The notes under the pieces were generated by a model that worked only from the letters and a program-made list of their open reading frames with translations, had not been told where the DNA came from and ran no database searches. Shown here piece by piece: positions 15,139 through 22,914 of a stretch of 36,635 nucleotides of DNA. The translations under genes were made by a program, and so were the position numbers. Source of the stretch: Acutalibacteraceae bacterium (GTDB lineage: Bacteria; Bacillota; Clostridia; Oscillospirales; Acutalibacteraceae); the NCBI GenBank assembly GCA_045543505.1, contig JAZQMR010000037.1:1-36635 (forward strand), in the 5' to 3' direction. Numbering within the stretch: the stretch's first letter is position 1; each line of letters begins with the position of its first letter.

Positions 15139-16578
15139 GTGAGTTTGAAAAGATTTTTATTGAGAGAAGGAACGTACGAAGCCCTGCGCAAAGCCTACAT
15201 CACGGCCTTCATCGCGGCGGTTCTCACGCGAGTTTTGCTGCCGTTCGCCCTCTGCGAGACGCAATTTGTGAACTCGCTGGTTTTTGCCGTTGTGGCCATG
15301 TTTGGCGCGGCCGTTGTATGCCTGGATTTGTTCACGAGACGCGTTTTTCTTACGGCGAAAAATGTAGTCTGGTTGGCCTTGTTTTTAGCGATATGCACAC
15401 TTTCGAGCGTGGTGAACGCCAAGTACGGCGTCATCGGGAATGTTCGAAACTTGGTTTGGTTGGCGATATCGTTTTTTCTTTTGTATCCAATTGACCCGAC
15501 GAGAACGCTCGACAGCGTGAAAAAGGAGATTAAATACGTCGGCAACATCTTGATTACGGTGTGGTTTTTGGCTTGCGGTGCGTCGCTGGCGATGTTCGCA
15601 CTGCAGGTGGGCTATTACGTTGATGTTTATCCGGATTCATTCGCGCGCATGGGATTCATTGAGGGGCGACTTTTCGGCGTGTTTGAGGATCCAAACTATG
15701 CGGCAGTCGTTGCGATGATTGCGATTATTTACTCGATTTTCAACTTCAAAAATGCTAGAAAAAAGTGGTTAAAGGCGTTTTACGTTTGCGGCATTTGCGT
15801 AGATTTTTGCTACATAGTCTTGTCGGGCTCGCGTACAACAGAGGTTGCGGCGATTATTGTGGTATTTTTAGCCGCGTACTTTTTGCTATTAAAGAAATAT
15901 AACAAAGTGAAATCGAATGCCTTTATTAGGCAAGTTACACTGATTTTAACGGCAATCTTGTGCAGCGCGGCGCTGATCTTTAGCTTTATATTTGCAAGGA
16001 AGGCGCTGTCGTATTTGCCAGGGGTCGTTGGCGCGCCGTTTAAGTCGGTGAGCGTGGTGGAGCAAAAGCCTCGAAGGCACATCGACATCACGCGGGATGA
16101 CGTGAGCAACACGGCGGATATCTCGAATTGCAGGTTCAAAATTTGGCTGAGCGCGCTCGAGGTGTTTAAAAGCAAGCCGCTGCTGGGGACATCTCCACGA
16201 AACATGAGAGCATACGCGAAAGCGGCTTTCCCTAACGGCTTCATTGCTCAACGCTCTTACGCGGTCCACAATGCGTACCTCGATGTGCTAACCTCGACGG
16301 GGCTTTTGGGCGCCGTGGTAATGTTCATATTTTTGGTGAAATATTTGATAAGTGTATTTCAATTCCTCTTCGTCAATTTGAATAACAAAAATTATGGTTT
16401 AGTTTTATTCAGCTTTATAAACGTAGCAACAGTGGCGATCTCGGCGTTTTTCTTGTCGGAGATATTTTTTGTTAACACAATTGGCGTTTTAACGTTTTGG
16501 TTAAATTTAGGATACTCGCATTATTTTATTAAAGATGGCACAAACTCACAAAAGGCCAGTGATATCCTATGGAAATGA
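15139..16578 (+). CDS. wzy: O-antigen polymerase/ligase-family polytopic membrane protein (Wzy-like)
   Basis: About 10-12 TM segments and a Wzy_C-like region (LSGSRTTEVAAI...AVHNAYLDVLTSTGLLGAV). I set the start at GTG 15139, after AGAAGGA (15121-15127). The 73 aa that the ORF track adds upstream are a read-through of the MITE. Confidence 0.75.
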   Translation: MSLKRFLLREGTYEALRKAYITAFIAAVLTRVLLPFALCETQFVNSLVFAVVAMFGAAVVCLDLFTRRVFLTAKNVVWLALFLAICTLSSVVNAKYGVIGNVRNLVWLAISFFLLYPIDPTRTLDSVKKEIKYVGNILITVWFLACGASLAMFALQVGYYVDVYPDSFARMGFIEGRLFGVFEDPNYAAVVAMIAIIYSIFNFKNARKKWLKAFYVCGICVDFCYIVLSGSRTTEVAAIIVVFLAAYFLLLKKYNKVKSNAFIRQVTLILTAILCSAALIFSFIFARKALSYLPGVVGAPFKSVSVVEQKPRRHIDITRDDVSNTADISNCRFKIWLSALEVFKSKPLLGTSPRNMRAYAKAAFPNGFIAQRSYAVHNAYLDVLTSTGLLGAVVMFIFLVKYLISVFQFLFVNLNNKNYGLVLFSFINVATVAISAFFLSEIFFVNTIGVLTFWLNLGYSHYFIKDGTNSQKASDILWK

Positions 16579-17570
16579 AAGTTAGCGTGATTGTCCCGAT
16601 TCATAACGCCGAAAAAACTTTGAGCCAATGTATGGAGAGCATTCTAGCCCAGAGCTATAAAAATTTAGAAATTATCTTAGTAAACGACGGTTCAACAGAT
16701 AAATCTTTGGAGATTTGTCAAAGTTTCGTAAATATAGACAATAGAGTCGTCGTAATAGATAAAAACAGGGGTGGCGTGTCTTCGGCGAGAAATGGTGGGT
16801 TAAGGGTCTCAACAGGCGACTTTATTCAGTTTGTTGATGCAGATGACACCCTCAAGCCCAACATGGAGGCAAAGCTAGTCGAAGCTATGTTGAAGACAAA
16901 TGCGGACGTTGTGATATGTGGATACGATAGAATTAGCGGTAAATGCGTCAATGCTAAGCGACCTAAAAGCGCTGTTTACAGCGAGGCATCGACTTTTAAA
17001 GATACTTTTGTTGAGCTTTATAAAGGTGCCTTTTTTAACGCTCCGTGGAATAAACTGTATCGTCGCGATAAGATAAAAAATCCATTTAATGAGGGATTTT
17101 CGATGGGGGAGGACTTGCTTTTTAATTTGTCATATTTCTCAAATTGCAATAAAATATCTATTATAATTGACAATCTTTACAATTACAATGTAGCTTCTCA
17201 AGTTAGTTTAGCGGGGAAATATGATGATAGCCTTTTGTCAACTCAGATTATGTTGAATAAAAAAGTGAAAAAATTTTTTGAAAATAAATTTGGATGTAAA
17301 GATTTTAGAGCAATCAATGAAGTTTTTGCGAAAGAAATTTATTATTACCTAAAAAAACTCGTAATTTTATCTGGTTATGACAGGCGAGTTGCTCTAGAAA
17401 AAATAAACGCTTGCTTAAATAGTGAAGACGTCAAAAAAATGCTTAGTAATGTGACATTATCAGATACTCAAGTCGCCATTGTTTGCGCGCTGATGCGCTT
17501 AAAATGGAGCTATGCAATATATTTGTTTTTTAAATTGAAAAGCTTTATAAATAAAAATGGACTGAGATAA
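16575..17570 (+). CDS. Family 2 glycosyltransferase (AT-rich gene)
   Basis: MKVSVIVPIHNAEKTLSQCMESILAQSY..EIILVNDGSTD...FVDADD. ATGA overlap with the wzy stop at 16575-16578; ATG 16569 is an alternative. Confidence 0.85.
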   Translation: MKVSVIVPIHNAEKTLSQCMESILAQSYKNLEIILVNDGSTDKSLEICQSFVNIDNRVVVIDKNRGGVSSARNGGLRVSTGDFIQFVDADDTLKPNMEAKLVEAMLKTNADVVICGYDRISGKCVNAKRPKSAVYSEASTFKDTFVELYKGAFFNAPWNKLYRRDKIKNPFNEGFSMGEDLLFNLSYFSNCNKISIIIDNLYNYNVASQVSLAGKYDDSLLSTQIMLNKKVKKFFENKFGCKDFRAINEVFAKEIYYYLKKLVILSGYDRRVALEKINACLNSEDVKKMLSNVTLSDTQVAIVCALMRLKWSYAIYLFFKLKSFINKNGLR

Positions 17571-17602
17571 AAAACTTTTTGTAAAGTAAAGGAACTTTCT
17601 AA

Positions 17603-19141
17603 ATGAGAACAAAAAATTCGATTATTAACACACTAGTGGGATTGGGTTCGTATGCGATTTTGCTGTTGGGACCGGTAGTTCTAAGCCCAATCGTAGCGAG
17701 CCTTGGCAGCGAAATTCTCGGCATACAAAAGACCTTTATGGATACGGTAGCGCTTTTGAATATAATCGAGCTGGGAATTAGCTTTGGCGTAATATACAAG
17801 CTGTACAAGCCGATTGCTGAGAATGACACCGAGAAAATCGCTATTCTGCTGAATTTTTACAAGAATACATTCAAAGTAATCGCTTCGATTTTATTGGCAT
17901 TGGGCTTATTGACGGCGATAATTATCCCGAAACTTGCACCTGCACACGACGCGAACAAATTTACTGATAGATGGCTCAGCGCGATGTTTTTGCTGTATTT
18001 GGCCGACACTTTGGCGACGTATCTGTTTGGCCACAAGCGCGCGATGCTGATTGCCGACCAGCGCAATTACCTGGTGAGTATTAGCAAAACCGGCTGCCAG
18101 CTGATGATGTTCATCTTGCAATTCGTTGCAGTGATGCACTTTCGGTCGTTCGAGTTGTATGTAATTGCGCGCTTGAGTTGCACCTTGCTCGACAGCATTT
18201 TGGTGCACACAATGTACAAAATTAGATATAAAAATATAGACCTACGGACGAAAAAAAAGCTCGAGAAAGGCGAGCGCGACGATTTATTTAGAAATTTGGG
18301 TGCGCTTTTCTACCACAAGATCGGCTACCAGAGCCTGGCATCGGGCTCGACGCTGATCATCACCAGCAACCTCGGCGAGGCGGTCACCGGCATGTACTAC
18401 CCGTACACGCTAATTACGAACGGCCTGATGAGCATCACCGACCAGGTTTTTAACGCGATTTTGACAAGTTTTGGCAACCTCCTCGTGAAGGCGACGCAAG
18501 GCCAAGTACATAACATTTACAAGAAAATTTTCTTCCTCAACCACGTAATTTACTCGTTTTTCTCGGTGTCGCTGTTCTGCCTCGTCGGGCCGTTCATCCG
18601 CCTGTGGATGGGCGACGCGTTCCTATTCCCGATGTCGACTCTGATTTTAATCGTGGTAAATTTCTACACATTCGGCATGAGAAAATCGATAACGATGGTA
18701 AAAAATAGCGCCGGACTTTATCGCCCAGACAGACATTTCGCGCTCATCGAGGCGGCCCTTAACATAGGTTTGGCGATGCTTTTAGTCGGAGACTTTGGCC
18801 TCAACGGTGTGCTTATCGCGAACATTATTAGCTCGCTGTGCATCCCCTTTTGGACCCAGCCCTACGTCGTTTACAAGAATGTTTTCAACCGATCCGTTGT
18901 TGACTATTACAAAAAGCACGCGATTTACGCCGCCATTACGCTGCTATCGACCGTTTTGACCTATTTTTTGTGTTCACTCTCAAGTGCAACTGGATTTATG
19001 AGGCTTATTTCAAACGGCCTGGTTTGCCTTGTTGTCCCGAACGCAATTAACGCGCTCATCTTCCGCAAGACCGACGAGTATCAGTACTTGCGCGGCATCG
19101 CGAGGAATGTATTTAAGCAGTTTAGGATGAGAAATAGTTAA
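17603..19141 (+). CDS. wzx: Polysaccharide flippase (MOP/Wzx family)
   Basis: 512 aa, about 12-14 TM segments; typical size and position for Wzx at the end of a Wzy-dependent locus. Confidence 0.75.
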   Translation: MRTKNSIINTLVGLGSYAILLLGPVVLSPIVASLGSEILGIQKTFMDTVALLNIIELGISFGVIYKLYKPIAENDTEKIAILLNFYKNTFKVIASILLALGLLTAIIIPKLAPAHDANKFTDRWLSAMFLLYLADTLATYLFGHKRAMLIADQRNYLVSISKTGCQLMMFILQFVAVMHFRSFELYVIARLSCTLLDSILVHTMYKIRYKNIDLRTKKKLEKGERDDLFRNLGALFYHKIGYQSLASGSTLIITSNLGEAVTGMYYPYTLITNGLMSITDQVFNAILTSFGNLLVKATQGQVHNIYKKIFFLNHVIYSFFSVSLFCLVGPFIRLWMGDAFLFPMSTLILIVVNFYTFGMRKSITMVKNSAGLYRPDRHFALIEAALNIGLAMLLVGDFGLNGVLIANIISSLCIPFWTQPYVVYKNVFNRSVVDYYKKHAIYAAITLLSTVLTYFLCSLSSATGFMRLISNGLVCLVVPNAINALIFRKTDEYQYLRGIARNVFKQFRMRNS

Positions 19142-19310
19142 AGATCAAGCCAGCTGGCGCCGCGAGGCGCAGAAGGCCCTACGGGCCTTCTGCCAACCCA
19201 GAGCGCAACTACGTTGGGCTCTGGGCTACAAAGAAAATAAAAATTTATTTTCTTTGTAGCCTCGCGGCCGCAGCTGGCTCAGCCAAAAGAAAGTTCTCCA
19301 TTAGGAGATT
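19132..19310 (+). mobile_element. MITE copy 3 (divergent subfamily; termini eroded, boundaries approximate)
   Basis: Same architecture as the other copies. Long outer stem GCCAGCTGGCGCCGCGAGGC / GCCTCGCGGCCGCAGCTGGC. Hairpins GCAGAAGGCCC..GGGCCTTCTGC, CCCAGAGCGCAAC..GTTGGGCTCTGGG and GCTACAAAGAAAATAAA..TTTATTTTCTTTGTAGC. Paired substitutions relative to copies 1, 2 and 4. Confidence 0.6.
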
Positions 19311-19313
19311 TAA

Positions 19314-19347
19314 GTGACAGCCAAGCCGGTTGTCACTTTGTTTTTTG
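19314..19347 (+). terminator. Intrinsic terminator ending the polysaccharide operon
   Basis: GTGACAGCC (19314-19322) / GGTTGTCAC (19328-19336) with one G.T pair, loop AAGCC, then TTTGTTTTTT. Confidence 0.7.
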
Positions 19348-20313
19348 CTATTTGAAATTGTAGAAATCGTTCTCGAACCAAACCTTTGGCGCGACGAACT
19401 CTTTGCCGTTCAGGTAGCCGAGGACTCCCGCTGGTGTCGAGAATTCAAACCTTAGCTTGTGCGAGTAAAGAGCCTGCCACTTGTAGTTTTTCTCCTTGTT
19501 GAGCGAGTTTTTGCCGTACTTGCTGTCGCCGAGGAGTGGGTGTCCGAGGAAGGCCATGTGTGCTCGAATCTGATGTGTCCGGCCGGTTAGAAGCTCGACC
19601 TCAAGCAAGCTAAAGCCGCCTTTTTCCGCGATGACCCGATATTTTGTCTTTATCGTCTTGGTATTTTCGCGCGGCTGAGAATGAATATAGACGCGATTTT
19701 GCTTCTCATTTTTCTCGAGATAAGCCGTTAAAGTATCGTCTTTTTTCTTGAAGGTCGAATGCACGATGCAAAGATAAAATTTTTTTAGCTCGCGAGCCTT
19801 CATTTTTTGATTTAAAATTCGAAGGCTTTCGGCATTCTTGGCCGCGATGACGATGCCGCCGGTGTTTCGGTCAATGCGGTTTACAAGGGCCGGTACGAAA
19901 GAATTTTCCTCACGCGGGTCGAACTCGCCCTTCTTGTAAAGATAGTGCTGGATGCGCGCGATGAGAGAGTCGGAGTGGTAATTCTCGTCCGGGTGTACGA
20001 TGAGCCCCGGCTTCTTGTTTACGAGCAAGATATTCTCATCCTCGTAGATGATGTCGAGACTGCTCGGCGCGTTGTGAAAGTCATACTCGTCGAAGCTTGC
20101 CTCGAGAAATTCGTCCTTTATGTAGAGTGTCAAAATATCGCCCTCGAGGAGTTTTGTGTCTGGCTTGCAACGCTTTGCGTTTATCTTGATGTCTTTTTTG
20201 CGAATCGCTTTATACATTAACGAAGCGGGTAGGTTTTTAAAGGTTTTCGCCAAAAACTTGTCTACGCGTTGGCCGGCGTCATTCTTATTTATTTTCAGCT
20301 CTTTCATCGTCAA
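19348..20313 (-). CDS. RluA-family 23S rRNA pseudouridine synthase (RluD/RluC-like, S4 domain)
   Basis: N-terminal S4-like domain; catalytic motif NRIDRNTGG; GRTHQIRAHMAFLGHPLLGD.KYG. AAGGAG RBS upstream of ATG 20313. Confidence 0.88.
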   Translation of the reverse strand: MTMKELKINKNDAGQRVDKFLAKTFKNLPASLMYKAIRKKDIKINAKRCKPDTKLLEGDILTLYIKDEFLEASFDEYDFHNAPSSLDIIYEDENILLVNKKPGLIVHPDENYHSDSLIARIQHYLYKKGEFDPREENSFVPALVNRIDRNTGGIVIAAKNAESLRILNQKMKARELKKFYLCIVHSTFKKKDDTLTAYLEKNEKQNRVYIHSQPRENTKTIKTKYRVIAEKGGFSLLEVELLTGRTHQIRAHMAFLGHPLLGDSKYGKNSLNKEKNYKWQALYSHKLRFEFSTPAGVLGYLNGKEFVAPKVWFENDFYNFK

Positions 20314-20340
20314 GTGGTCTCCTTTTTCGCTAATCTTATC

Positions 20341-20349
20341 ATTATACCA
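20341..20349 (-). promoter_or_regulatory. Extended -10 element (TGGTATAAT) upstream of the pseudouridine synthase gene
   Basis: The reverse complement of ATTATACCA (20341-20349) is TGGTATAAT. There is no good -35; that position falls in the truncated MITE end. Confidence 0.4.
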
Positions 20350-20360
20350 TGTTTTGTGTC

Positions 20361-20420
20361 GCGGGGAGTGTCTTGTTTTTTGAGCTTGGCTTGTGCGAAC
20401 CCGAGGCCAAAGAAAATAAA
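20361..20420 (-). mobile_element. Truncated MITE copy 5 (one terminus plus the start of the core)
   Basis: GCGGGGAGTGTCTTG...TTGGCTTGTGCGAACCCGAGGCCAAAGAAAATA parallels 14931-14998 of copy 2 and stops inside the A/T hairpin. Confidence 0.5.
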
Positions 20421-20637
20421 TTTCGAAGAAAATGACTTGTTTAAAGCGATAAAATACGAGGTTATGTTTTTAGCATCAAAGTTAAATCAATTCTGCCCCA
20501 TCATTTGCTACTCATTGACTTCAGCGCTTTCGACTGTTACTTCCGCAGTAAATTCAAGGGGAAGCCAAAATTTTTTTCCATCTGGTAATTTCAATGGTGC
20601 ACAGTATCAGTAAAATTTGGTGGATTAATTTAAAATC

Positions 20638-21345
20638 GCAATTGCTAAATTTTCATATATCCGATGCGATCTCTATGCATAAACAGCAGTAGAGAGTGTT
20701 TATGCATCTGCAAATTCTTTGAATAGCAGTAGGTTTTTCGGACAAACCTCGTAAGATAGTGGCGCAAAAGCCGGTTCATACGCTCAACGGTGGGCATATG
20801 CGCTTTTCCAGTGAGATGTTTTGTGGGGGCGATGAGATTGCATGCCAATGGTTCGATGTGTAAAAATTTGCATCAATATGGCTAATTTTATTCGCGAGTT
20901 TTTTGGAAGTGTTTTGTTTCTCGAGTGCCAACAAGCCGCTTTGTGTCGCGGTCTACTGATGTCCAGAGCCAGATGTTTTTTTAAATTTACGCACAACTCA
21001 TCGAGCTCCCAAAATATCGACTTTTTCGTCTTTTTTAGGAACTTTCTCTAATTCAACGCCGGCTTTTTTTACCCAGTTTATGACAGAAACATGGCTGACT
21101 TTAAGAATTCTTTCGATTCTCCTAAAGCCATTTCCTTCCAAATACAACTGTATTGCTTTTCGTCTGATATGCTCCAGGTAGCCGCGTTGTCCTACCGTGT
21201 AGTGACATCCACATTTTTTGCATAGATATCGCTGTTTTTGGTTGTTGAATCCGCTTTTTACTCGTTTTTCGCTCCCGCATTTCGGGCATTTAAGTTCTTT
21301 ATCCATACACTCATTTTAAACTATATATCGGTTTTTAGCAATGTC
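20638..21345 (-). mobile_element. IS1-family element (third lineage), both ends present, transposase frameshifted
   Basis: Ends GCAATTGCTAAATTTTCAT (20638-) and the reverse complement of TTAGCAATGTC (-21345). InsA-like ORF 20998-21306 (CPKCGSEKRV...YLCKKCGCHY plus HTH). DDE pieces (...DELCV..., ...VERMNRLLRHYLTRFVRKTYCYSK...) lie in other frames. Confidence 0.75.
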
Positions 21346-21559
21346 TTAAATTTTATTGACAACACTCGCTAATCGCCGAATTTCAAGCTGAATATTTGAT
21401 GGCCGACCGTGGTTATGACTATGATAAGCACCCCTATAAACTTCGTCATCTTGTTAAAAATGCATTTTTGCACCTTAAGAAATGGCGCGGTATAGCCGCT
21501 CGTTACGTAAAAATGTTGCATCTTTTGTCGCGTCAGTTCAAATTAGATGCATCGCTATA
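21346..21559 (+). mobile_element. Second, internally deleted copy of the IS5-family remnant
   Basis: Starts with the same TAAATTTTATTGACAAC...CGAATTTCAAGCTGAATATTTGATGGCCGACCGTGGTTATGAC as 9918-. It lacks the middle part and resumes at ...YKLRHLVKNAFLHLKKWRGIAARY. Confidence 0.65.
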
Positions 21560-22164
21560 TGTGTGAGCGAAAAACGAGTAAAAAGCAGATCCAAAAAACA
21601 AAAAACAGCGGTGTTTGGTAAAAATTGTGGTCAACTATACAGTGGGATAGCGCGGTTACCCGGAAAATATAATATGAAAAGCAATATAGTTGCATTTGGA
21701 AGGAAAGGGTTTTAGAAGAAATGAAAAAAGCTTAAAGTTAGCCACGCTTCTGTGACGAATCTGCCAAAAAGCGGACACGAAACCCACAAAAAGATCCCAA
21801 AAGACGAAAAAGTCGATGTTTTGGCGCTAGATGAGTTGTGTGTACATAAAAAACATCTGGCTCTGGACATCAGTAGACCGCGACACAAAGCGGCTTGTTG
21901 GATTTTACGTCGGAATTCAAGGAACAAAATTAGTCATATTGGCGCAAAGTTTTATGCATCAGACCATTGGCAGGCCTACAATCTCATCGCCCCCACAAAA
22001 CATCTCTCTGGAAAAGCACACACACCGTCGACTTATGAATAACTACCTCGCGAGATTTGCCCGAAAAAACTATTGCTATTCGAAGAGCCTGCAGATAATT
22101 AAGTGCTCTCTTTTGCTATTTATGCATAGGGATTTTATTGGATGCATGAAAACTTAGCAATGCC
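21560..22164 (+). mobile_element. 5'-truncated, heavily decayed copy of the IS at 20638-21345, in opposite orientation
   Basis: Starts at the equivalent of InsA codon ~10 (GAGCGAAAAACGAGTAAAAAGC). Shows the same DELCV...LALDISRPRHKAACW string as the other copy (out-of-frame reading of both) and ...YLARFARKNYCYSKSL. Right end GGATGCATGAAAACTTAGCAATGCC (-22164). Confidence 0.65.
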
Positions 22165-22185
22165 TTATTTTTAAATGTTATCAGC

Positions 22186-22551
22186 CTACACAAACGAATA
22201 AATTAAAATTCCAGTAAGGATTAAAATTAAAGAAAAAAACTTTTTTTTCGTTAACTTTTCTTTAAAAACAACTACTCCGAAAAAGGTAATGTAAATATAA
22301 CTTGTTGCCTCAAGGGCGGGGCCTAGCGACAAAGGAATAACTTTGTATGCAAAAATTGATAAAAAAGTTGTTCCGAAAAATATAACATAAGCTCCTAAAA
22401 CTAACGGATTCAAATACTCTTGCCAAAAATTATCATACTTTCTTAAGCTTGCCTTTTTTAGCATAACCTGTGAAATTGAGCTTATGAAAACGCCCAGCAA
22501 CAATATGCCTGAATAAAATAAAACTTCACTACTCATCGACATTTGCCTCAT
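22186..22551 (-). CDS. Small four-TM EamA/SMR-like membrane protein (ArnE/ArnF-like flippase half)
   Basis: 121 aa with four hydrophobic segments. Overlaps its 125-aa paralogue-like neighbour by 23 nt. Last gene of the operon. Confidence 0.6.
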   Translation of the reverse strand: MRQMSMSSEVLFYSGILLLGVFISSISQVMLKKASLRKYDNFWQEYLNPLVLGAYVIFFGTTFLSIFAYKVIPLSLGPALEATSYIYITFFGVVVFKEKLTKKKFFSLILILTGILIYSFV

Positions 22552-22906
22552 CTAAATTACTTGATTTTGTGTATAAAACAATGCCTAGTATGATTAAAAC
22601 TGCGCCCAGAACCTTCCCGAAAGTTATTGCCTCGCCGAAAATAATTGCCCCCAAAAAGATACCCCAAACTACAGTCACTGCTTTATTTGCGAACGCTGTT
22701 GTTAGCGGCAATACCTTGATTATCTTTTGCCAGGCAATCGCATATACAAACAAAATTAGGAGGACAACTCCATAGTAAAAGAGAAACGGAACACTCAAAA
22801 AAGTTTGCATTCCAGCTAACTTGCTGAAAACACCTCCGCATGAATACACGAGCAGTAATAGATGTAAAAAAATCAAAGTCTTAATTTTCACCCAGGAACC
22901 CACCAT
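22529..22906 (-). CDS. Small four-TM EamA/SMR-like membrane protein (ArnE/ArnF-like flippase half)
   Basis: 125 aa. LPLTTAFANKAVTVVWGIFLGAIIFGEAITFGKVLGAVLIILGIVLY is a typical EamA/SMR C-terminal half. Confidence 0.6.
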   Translation of the reverse strand: MVGSWVKIKTLIFLHLLLLVYSCGGVFSKLAGMQTFLSVPFLFYYGVVLLILFVYAIAWQKIIKVLPLTTAFANKAVTVVWGIFLGAIIFGEAITFGKVLGAVLIILGIVLYTKSSNLDEANVDE

Positions 22907-22914
22907 TCAATCAA

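Noticed and set aside
20156-20613. Plus-strand ORFs of 75 and 114 aa across the rlu start, the MITE remnant and the following spacer.
   Set aside because: There is no RBS. They run antisense to, or across, a promoter and a repeat fragment, their composition is low-complexity, and I recognise no domain.
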